DNA of 64,000 bases from Synergistales bacterium (GTDB taxonomy: Bacteria > Synergistota > Synergistia > Synergistales > JAFGMB01). Under the pieces are notes generated by a model. It did not search any database. It was not told the DNA's origin and saw nothing but the letters and a program-made list of their open reading frames with translations. The DNA lies in NCBI GenBank assembly GCA_963666205.1, contig OY762654.1:1152001-1216000 (forward strand). The letters run 5' to 3'. The position numbers and the translations under genes were made by a program. Positions within the stretch are counted from its first letter, which is position 1; the number at the start of each line of letters is the position of its first letter. Below, one piece after another: positions 57,505 to 64,000 of this stretch.

Positions 57505-58239
57505 TTACCGGCTTTTTTCGATAAGCTCGGCTATTTTTTCAGCCATCATGCGGTAACCGTCTCCGTTGGGATGTATATAATCACTCTTGAGAGAAGCATT
57601 CGATAAAATCTTTCTGAGGACCTTTCCTTCATAAAGAACAGAAAGATCGCGGGCAACCCTTCTGTATAATTTGGGCACCGACAGAGTCAGCCTGGTACTC
57701 GGAACACCAATGACCATTACATCAATGTCCCGTTCCTGCAGGATCGATACCATACTCCTGAGATCTCTCTCTATTTCATCCTCTTCTCTGCCCCTCAGGA
57801 GATCGTTTCCGCCCTCGCAGAGAATGACCAGCCGTGGAGAATATTTCTCCAGAACACCCGGAAGCCTTTCCAGACCCTCGGATATGGTCTCTCCGGGAAC
57901 ACCCGAATTGATCACTTTCATACCGAGCATCGCTTCCAGAAGGACCGGATATGAACTATCTACGGGAGCCCCTGTTCCATAGGTTATGCTGTCACCAAAG
58001 GCCAGGAGAAGACTTTCCGATGACAGAGTAAGTGTCGGGCCAGCTGATCCACATGGAGAAAAAACAAAAAATGACATCCATAAAAACAGAAATCCCAGAA
58101 AGACCTTCATTCCGACAAAAGACATCTTCAATGCCCTAACACCTCCAGAAGCAACTCTTTTCTTTATATCACAAAACAGGGGGACAGGAGAAATTTCTCC
58201 CCCTACCCCCCTGTCAGCAGAATCCTTCAGGCGGTTCAA
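57505..58239 (-). CDS. SGNH/GDSL arylesterase (TesA-like), exported
   Basis: FGDSITYG; NSGVPG; GGNDLL; DYIHPN; true start probably near 58110-58125. Confidence 0.88.
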   Translation of the reverse strand: MNRLKDSADRGVGGEISPVPLFCDIKKRVASGGVRALKMSFVGMKVFLGFLFLWMSFFVFSPCGSAGPTLTLSSESLLLAFGDSITYGTGAPVDSSYPVLLEAMLGMKVINSGVPGETISEGLERLPGVLEKYSPRLVILCEGGNDLLRGREEDEIERDLRSMVSILQERDIDVMVIGVPSTRLTLSVPKLYRRVARDLSVLYEGKVLRKILSNASLKSDYIHPNGDGYRMMAEKIAELIEKSR

Positions 58240-58249
58240 TTATTCATTA

Positions 58250-59671
58250 TCAGCAGTTGTAATAAAGTTCATATTCTTTAGCCGTTACCCTGGCCTTGAC
58301 TTCCACGGCCTCCTGCCTTTTAACCTTTATCCAGTGGGCAAGGAAATTTTCAGAGAAAACGTCATCGGAAGTCAGGAAAGAATGGTCTTTTTCGAGCCCA
58401 TCCAGAGCTTCGTCCAGACTTGCAGGTAAAAGTTTCATGCCATCAGCCTGCTCATAAATATTCTTTTCCAGGGGACCGAATCCCCCCTTCATGGGGTCTA
58501 TCCGGTTTCTGACTCCATCAAGTCCAGCCATAAGGAGAGAGGCAAACATAAGGTAAATGTTTGCTGTTGCATCTCCTGAACGGAATTCGAATCTCCTGGC
58601 TTCAGGATCTTTTGCATAACCGGGTATCCTGATGGCGCCGCTCCTGTTTCCCGTAGCAAAGGCAATTGCGATGGGAGCCTCATAACCTCTGACAAGTCGA
58701 CGATAGGAGTTTGTTGAAGGACAGACCAGTCCCATCAGGGCAGGGGTGTGGGTCAGGATACCCCCAAGAAAGTGGAGGGCAGTATTGGAAAGGGCCGCGT
58801 AATTGGAATCAGGTCCAGCAAAAACTGACTTGCCATCCTTACGCATAAGCATATGGACGTGGAGTCCGTTACCGGCCTCTCCGAAAGTGGTCTTTGGCAT
58901 GAAAGTCGCCGTCAGACCATATTTTGCAGCACTGTTTTTTACTATGTATTTGATCAGCATTGATGCGTCGGCCAGCTTCATGGCCTCGTCAAGCTGAACC
59001 TCGATTTCCTGCTGACCATTTGTACCAACTTCATGATGATGATATTTAACATCGATCCCAAGCTGATCGATAAGTAATGCTGCTTCAGACCGCAGATCCC
59101 TGTATATGTCATGGGGTGCTTCAATATGATATGCCCTGCAGGGAGGAAGCTGATTCCCTCCCTCAAGAGCCTCGTCTTCAACATTCCATCCCGAAGGCCT
59201 GCTGATTATTTTGTATCCGCTTCCGCTGATCTCGTCCCTGAACTGGATCCCATCGAAGATGTTATACTCGAATTCAGGTCCTACGATGAATTCATCAGCA
59301 ATATCCATGTCCTTCATTACCTGAATGGCCTTCTGAAGGATCCTCCTCGGATCCCCGCCATAGGGTTTGAACCCTTCAGAAGTTATCTCCTTTACACTGC
59401 CGAGAAAGCTCAGGGTATTTCTCTCCCAGAAAGGATCAATAAAGGCCGTTCTGAAATCAGGAACAAAAACCATATCACTGGACTCAATGGGAGCATAGCC
59501 GTAATTGGAACCATCGAATCCGAAACCCTTTTCGAACAGTTTTTTCGACAGCCTGCTTGCAGGTATGGAAAGATGCCTCCACCTTCCCTGGATATCTGTG
59601 ACCTTGATATCCAGCATTTCCACTTCCTGCTCTTTTACATACTCAGCTAATTCATCGTAACTACTGAACAA
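58250..59671 (-). CDS. glnA: Glutamine synthetase type I
   Basis: FDGSN; GPEFE; HHHEV; FMPK; NGLHVH; NSYRRLV.GYEAP; NRSGAIRIP; TTG start after AGGGGG. Confidence 0.93.
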   Translation of the reverse strand: MFSSYDELAEYVKEQEVEMLDIKVTDIQGRWRHLSIPASRLSKKLFEKGFGFDGSNYGYAPIESSDMVFVPDFRTAFIDPFWERNTLSFLGSVKEITSEGFKPYGGDPRRILQKAIQVMKDMDIADEFIVGPEFEYNIFDGIQFRDEISGSGYKIISRPSGWNVEDEALEGGNQLPPCRAYHIEAPHDIYRDLRSEAALLIDQLGIDVKYHHHEVGTNGQQEIEVQLDEAMKLADASMLIKYIVKNSAAKYGLTATFMPKTTFGEAGNGLHVHMLMRKDGKSVFAGPDSNYAALSNTALHFLGGILTHTPALMGLVCPSTNSYRRLVRGYEAPIAIAFATGNRSGAIRIPGYAKDPEARRFEFRSGDATANIYLMFASLLMAGLDGVRNRIDPMKGGFGPLEKNIYEQADGMKLLPASLDEALDGLEKDHSFLTSDDVFSENFLAHWIKVKRQEAVEVKARVTAKEYELYYNC

Positions 59672-59909
59672 TTTAATACCCCCTGTGTGATCGATCTCTG
59701 AAACAAATAAAAAGATCTTTCCCTGAAACAATATAAACCTTGCAATATATTCCGTACAGTGGGACAATAGTCCTACTCAATAGAATATATTACAATGTTA
59801 TTCCTGGTAGAATATTTTGTCAATTTATTCGAGGTAACTATTTTTTCAGGAATGCTTGAATTAAAATGCTTTTTCTTTTATCTTTTCATGTATATTTTCA
59901 ACCAGGAAG

Positions 59910-60662
59910 GTGGATATCATTTCCGAAGGACTTGTTTCAAAAACTGCAAAGGTAATGGAAACTCTTCTGGAAGAACAGAAGAGCACGAGTTTAAGGAAAA
60001 TTGCGGAAAAGTGCGATATGCCGAAAAGCACTCTTCACAGGATACTTTCGTCCCTTGAAGAAGAGGGCTGGGTCTATAGAAATCCCAGTAAAAGGGAATA
60101 TCGTATCGGCATACGCTTTATGTGTTTTGCCCAGAAATGGAGACTCAATCAGGAACTGACCCTCCTTGCACATCCCCTGATGGAGTCACTCTCGAAAGTT
60201 TCGGGTGAAACTGCAGTTCTGGCAGTTCGGGAAAAAAAGGAGATCCGCTGCCTGGAAGTGGTGGAAACATCAAATCCCATCAAATATCATTTCCGGATCG
60301 GGACAAAACTTCCCATTCATGCAGGCGCAATGGGCAAGATCATCCTGGCATACTCCCCCCTTCAGTTAAAGGAAGAAATCCTCTCCTCTCCCCTTGAAAA
60401 ATTCACCGACAACACCCTTACATCCCCTGACATCCTCAGGAGAGAATTAGAACTGATAAGAGAGAGAGGATACTCAGTTAGCATAGAGGAAGTAGACATC
60501 GGCGGAGCTGCCATCGGTGCTCCTATCCTTGGACCAGAGGGAGAACTCCTCGCCGGACTGATCCTTGACGGACTGACCCATCGCATAGAAACAAGACTGG
60601 AAGATATGGTCCCCATGGTTACAGAGACTGCCGGAAAAATCACAGATCTGGTATCATCTTAA
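59910..60662 (+). CDS. IclR-family transcriptional regulator
   Basis: MPKSTLHRILSSL; GETAVL; AGAMGKIILA; IRERGYS; AIGAPI. Confidence 0.92.
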   Translation: MDIISEGLVSKTAKVMETLLEEQKSTSLRKIAEKCDMPKSTLHRILSSLEEEGWVYRNPSKREYRIGIRFMCFAQKWRLNQELTLLAHPLMESLSKVSGETAVLAVREKKEIRCLEVVETSNPIKYHFRIGTKLPIHAGAMGKIILAYSPLQLKEEILSSPLEKFTDNTLTSPDILRRELELIRERGYSVSIEEVDIGGAAIGAPILGPEGELLAGLILDGLTHRIETRLEDMVPMVTETAGKITDLVSS

Positions 60663-60802
60663 GAAAGTACAGGGATCATTATCCTGTCCGATAAACAATT
60701 CCTTATATCCTGAAACGTTCCTTTCATGAAGAAGAGATTTTGTTTAAAGATCTTAATGAAGGACAGGCTTTTCTCCCTGAACAAACAAGGAGACAGGCCA
60801 TT

Positions 60803-61237
60803 ATGATAAAAAGAGTTATCCTGTGTTTGATTATTCTTCTTATCTATCCTTCTACAAGAAGCATAGCCCTGGAAAGGGCGTATAACCCCTGGCCTCCTGA
60901 TGGTTCTACTGGAGTTTCCATATACACTGATTTCGCCTGGGACCATGATGGGGAAAGCTCAAGTCTCTATTTAGGAACAAGCCCGGGAAACCTTCAAAGA
61001 CTTCTCTACAGGTCTACTGCTAAAAGTTTCGATCTTTACAGCAGCCTGAGCCTGAACAAAAGGTACTACTGGAGAGTTGACGTTCATAACGCAAATACTA
61101 CCGTTACGGGAAAGGTGTGGACCTTCAGGACAAGATCATCCTTCGCTGGAGTGGTGGTAGGGTGCAATGTAGCAAGGCTCACAGGCATTTCTTCGATCAT
61201 ATTCTTTTTGCCTCTCTTATTGCTTAAACAAAAATAA
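60803..61237 (+). CDS. Secreted protein with FN3-like domain and SYNERG-CTERM-like tail (paralogue of 45822)
   Basis: Signal peptide; YYWRVDV..GKVWTFRT; C-terminal VVGCNVARLTGISSIIFFLPLLLLKQK. Confidence 0.72.
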   Translation: MIKRVILCLIILLIYPSTRSIALERAYNPWPPDGSTGVSIYTDFAWDHDGESSSLYLGTSPGNLQRLLYRSTAKSFDLYSSLSLNKRYYWRVDVHNANTTVTGKVWTFRTRSSFAGVVVGCNVARLTGISSIIFFLPLLLLKQK

Positions 61238-61319
61238 TACCGGAATGAATCTTCAGTATATCTCCATGATTACAGAGTTTCATGTAAAATAATTGTCTAA
61301 GATCAATGCAGAATAAGGA

Positions 61320-61715
61320 GTGAAAAAGATGGGCCTTAACAAAGCATGGGAAGACGTAAAAATCTTTCACAAAACATTCAAAGCACCCGTTGGGGAAGAC
61401 CCTCACATGCTGGAAAGAGAAAGATCTCTTGCACGGGCAGACTGGATGCGGGAAGAAGTAGATGAATTTCTTGAGGCTGAAGATGTTTACGGACAGGCTG
61501 ATGCCATGATAGACCTGATATACTTTGCCCTGGGAACCCTTGTGGAAATGGGAGTACCTCCCCAGGAACTCTTTGAAGCTGTACAGGCCGCAAACATGAA
61601 CAAGCTGTGGCCCGACGGGAAACCTCATTTCCGTGAAGATGGCAAGGTTATCAAACCAGAGGGCTGGCAGCCTCCAGAACCGAAACTGAAGGAACTTATA
61701 GACTCAATGGGATAG
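61320..61715 (+). CDS. MazG-like all-alpha NTP pyrophosphohydrolase (PRA-PH-like)
   Basis: EEVDEF; QADAMIDLIYF; VQAANMNKL..DGK..REDGKVIKPEGW. Confidence 0.85.
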   Translation: MKKMGLNKAWEDVKIFHKTFKAPVGEDPHMLERERSLARADWMREEVDEFLEAEDVYGQADAMIDLIYFALGTLVEMGVPPQELFEAVQAANMNKLWPDGKPHFREDGKVIKPEGWQPPEPKLKELIDSMG

Positions 61716-61716
61716 A

Positions 61717-61746
61717 ATAGAGGGCAGGGGAAACCTGCCCTCTATA
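61717..61746. terminator. Bidirectional terminator
   Basis: atagagggcagg-ggaaa-cctgccctctat. Confidence 0.75.
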
Positions 61747-61763
61747 ATTTTTTTCTACCAGGA

Positions 61764-63011
61764 CTATCTGCATAACAGAATGCTAAGATCGTTAACGTTC
61801 GTCCCCGTAGGACCAGTTTTTATCAGATCCCCACTAGCAGAAAGGGCATTATAGGAATCATTGTCATCAAGACTACTGTAAATGTTTATGCCTCTTTCCC
61901 TAAGCCTGTCGGTGGTCTGTCCATCCACAAGGCCTCCAGCAGCATCATTAGGACCATCCGTGCCGTCTGAGCCCACTGAAACAACTGCAACATTTTCAAG
62001 CCCTTCTATGCCAGCTGCTGCAGCGAGGGCAAGTTCCTGGTTCCTTCCACCCATTCCTTTTCCCTTGAGATGCACCACTGTTTCTCCCCCCAGAATTATT
62101 GCACATGGTTTTACAAGGGGATGATCATTGGCGACTTCTTCTCTTGCAAGGGCTGCTACAAAAGAACCTGCTTCCCTGGCTTCACAATCAAGGGTGGTCG
62201 TAAGAACCATGGTCCTGTAGCCCCTTTCTTCAGCCGCCTCTTTCGCTTTCTCACATAGAACCGCAACACTTCCCGTTATTGTGGTGGTTACATTGTCCAG
62301 TTCCTTGGGTGTTTCATCCTTGAGCAATTCAAGGAGGGTTTGTTTGACTTTCAGTCCATATCTGTCCACAACAGCAAGGGCATCTTCTGAACGGGAACTG
62401 TCCGGATAAGCCGGACCGGATGCGATGCTGTCCAGACGGTCTCCAAGAACATCGGAAAGCACTATTGAAAATACCCTGGCTGGATGTACCAGTTCTGCAA
62501 ATCGACCACCCTTGACCGATGATAATCGTTTCCGTATCATGTTTATTTCTACAATATCTGCTCCGCATGCCAGCAGTTGATCTGTAATGTTAACAAGATC
62601 TTCCAGGGACACTGCATCGAGGGGTTTCTCAAACAGGGCAGAACCTCCTCCGGAAACCAGGAAAAGAACCGTATCCGAGCTGGAAAGGTCTTTTACCATT
62701 TCCAGGGCCTCTGATGTAGCCAGAATGGTGTTATCGTCTGGCAGAGGATGACCGGCCTCGAACACCCTCATTCTCCTGATATCTCCCAGGCTATGGCCAT
62801 ACTTGGTTATCACCACACCGTTGTCAAGCCTTTCTTCAAGGCATTCCCCGGCAGCAGAGGCCATCCGCCAGGCAGCTTTACCTATGGCAACAAGAAATAC
62901 CCGGCCAGGAAAATTCTGGCCCTGAAGCGCTCTCCTGACCGAATTTTCAGGGAGAACTTCCCTGATCGACTTCAAAACTATGTCCATTGCATCCCGTCTC
63001 AAAGATCCCAT
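61764..63011 (-). CDS. Glycerate 2-kinase (MOFRL family)
   Basis: AIGKAA; AGHPLPD; SGGGSAL; IASGP; GGETVV; GGRNQE; DGTDG; TGTNVND. Confidence 0.92.
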   Translation of the reverse strand: MGSLRRDAMDIVLKSIREVLPENSVRRALQGQNFPGRVFLVAIGKAAWRMASAAGECLEERLDNGVVITKYGHSLGDIRRMRVFEAGHPLPDDNTILATSEALEMVKDLSSSDTVLFLVSGGGSALFEKPLDAVSLEDLVNITDQLLACGADIVEINMIRKRLSSVKGGRFAELVHPARVFSIVLSDVLGDRLDSIASGPAYPDSSRSEDALAVVDRYGLKVKQTLLELLKDETPKELDNVTTTITGSVAVLCEKAKEAAEERGYRTMVLTTTLDCEAREAGSFVAALAREEVANDHPLVKPCAIILGGETVVHLKGKGMGGRNQELALAAAAGIEGLENVAVVSVGSDGTDGPNDAAGGLVDGQTTDRLRERGINIYSSLDDNDSYNALSASGDLIKTGPTGTNVNDLSILLCR

Positions 63012-63228
63012 CTTTGATCATCCCTCATCCTGAAATTTAAAGGTCTTCTGTAAACAAGATATGGGTCAATTATATTTCTTTATCCCCTTTATGTGAAAAT
63101 ATACTTTATAATTTTTAAATATGGATAACACTTCTAAAAGTTACCTTATGGAATGGTAAAACCACCAGGTAAAAGCGCTGGGAATTCCCTGAAAACTCAT
63201 AGCCATAACAGGATCGGAGGTCTGATGA

Positions 63229-64000
63229 ATGAGACTGAAGGAGAGAGCAAGCGAACTGATAAGACAGTTCAAGGGAGACAGTTATTCCTTTGGAATAGAC
63301 AAACTGGAAATGGCCGGGTCATATGCCGGTGAATTCGGGAAAAGGGTTCTCCTGATCGGAAATACCGGTCATCTTGCACCTGTATTTGAAAAGATCCGCC
63401 AAGACCTCTCGGACAAAGGGCTGGTCTTATGCGGCAAAAAGATCGTGCCCGGTTCACGACCCAATTCCCCCAGAGAAGATGTATACAGAATTGCCACTTA
63501 CATGTATCTCTACAGACCCGACTGTCTTATGGCCGTAGGCGGAGGAAGTACCCTGGATGCAGTCAAGGCAGCAAATGTCCTCTATTCCCTTGGATTGAGA
63601 TCTCTTGAGATCGACGATTATCTCGGCACCGGCAAAGTGACTGAAAAACTCGAAAAAACCGGTGCGAACATGCTGCCAATGATAGCGGTACAAACCAACT
63701 CCAGTTCAGGTTCTCACCTGACCAAATATGCTAATGTCACGGACCCGGTGTCCGGACAGAAGAAACTGATCGTTGATAGTGCTGTGATACCTGACAGAGC
63801 TGTCTTCGATTATAGCGTCACAGAGAGTATTCCCACACCCGTTTCCCTGGACGGAGCAATGGATGGTATCTCCCACTGTCTGGAGGTCTTCTACGGTGCA
63901 AAGGGAGAAAACCTGTCAAGGGTGAGGGAAATAGCCTTAACGGGGATCGAACTTATCGTTGAAGCGGCACCCCGGCTACTCAAGGACCCAACAGACATGG
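63229..64000 (+). CDS. Iron-containing alcohol dehydrogenase (partial; runs off the window end)
   Basis: RBS GGAGG, MRLKERASELIRQFKG..; RPNSP; AVGGGSTLDAVK; TNSSSGSH; DGISHCLE; open to the window end, so missing from the ORF track. Confidence 0.85.
   Translation, partial: MRLKERASELIRQFKGDSYSFGIDKLEMAGSYAGEFGKRVLLIGNTGHLAPVFEKIRQDLSDKGLVLCGKKIVPGSRPNSPREDVYRIATYMYLYRPDCLMAVGGGSTLDAVKAANVLYSLGLRSLEIDDYLGTGKVTEKLEKTGANMLPMIAVQTNSSSGSHLTKYANVTDPVSGQKKLIVDSAVIPDRAVFDYSVTESIPTPVSLDGAMDGISHCLEVFYGAKGENLSRVREIALTGIELIVEAAPRLLKDPTDM

Noticed and set aside
1-64000. CRISPR array, tRNA/rRNA, IS/transposase, integrase, phage or recognisable defence genes
   Set aside because: I saw no regularly spaced repeats, cloverleaf or rRNA signatures, or DDE/recombinase/Cas motifs

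Overview
Chromosomal window from an anaerobic, amino-acid-fermenting bacterium, most likely Synergistota (inferred from two proteins ending in a SYNERG-CTERM-like 'GC-hydrophobic-basic' sorting tail). I found no rRNA, tRNA, CRISPR array, transposase or integrase. Contents in order: (1) a partly decayed cluster of racemase, two saccharopine dehydrogenases, GntR, frameshifted YfcC, an M20 remnant and an opine dehydrogenase; (2) a MASE3-GGDEF diguanylate cyclase behind a c-di-GMP-I riboswitch with a terminator; (3) TRAP-citC-citD-GT9-citX, with no citE/citF; (4) a PAS histidine kinase and NarL-type regulator directly upstream of a four-gene microprotein operon and a stand-alone FtsH-like protease domain; (5) an HxlR-nitroreductase-Isf-FprA redox-stress locus with a perfect 44-bp operator palindrome; (6) DUF362-polyferredoxin-tatA-tatC; (7) two related leader-peptide attenuators, an Ile/Val/Leu-rich one before an FAH-family hydratase and a Leu one before leuCDBA; (8) a FadR-linked operon of a flavin/Fe-S dehydrogenase trio, TAXI-TRAP and a LarA-family racemase; (9) glsA, glnA, IclR, glycerate kinase and a partial Fe-ADH. 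All calls come from reading motifs by eye; no database searches were run.
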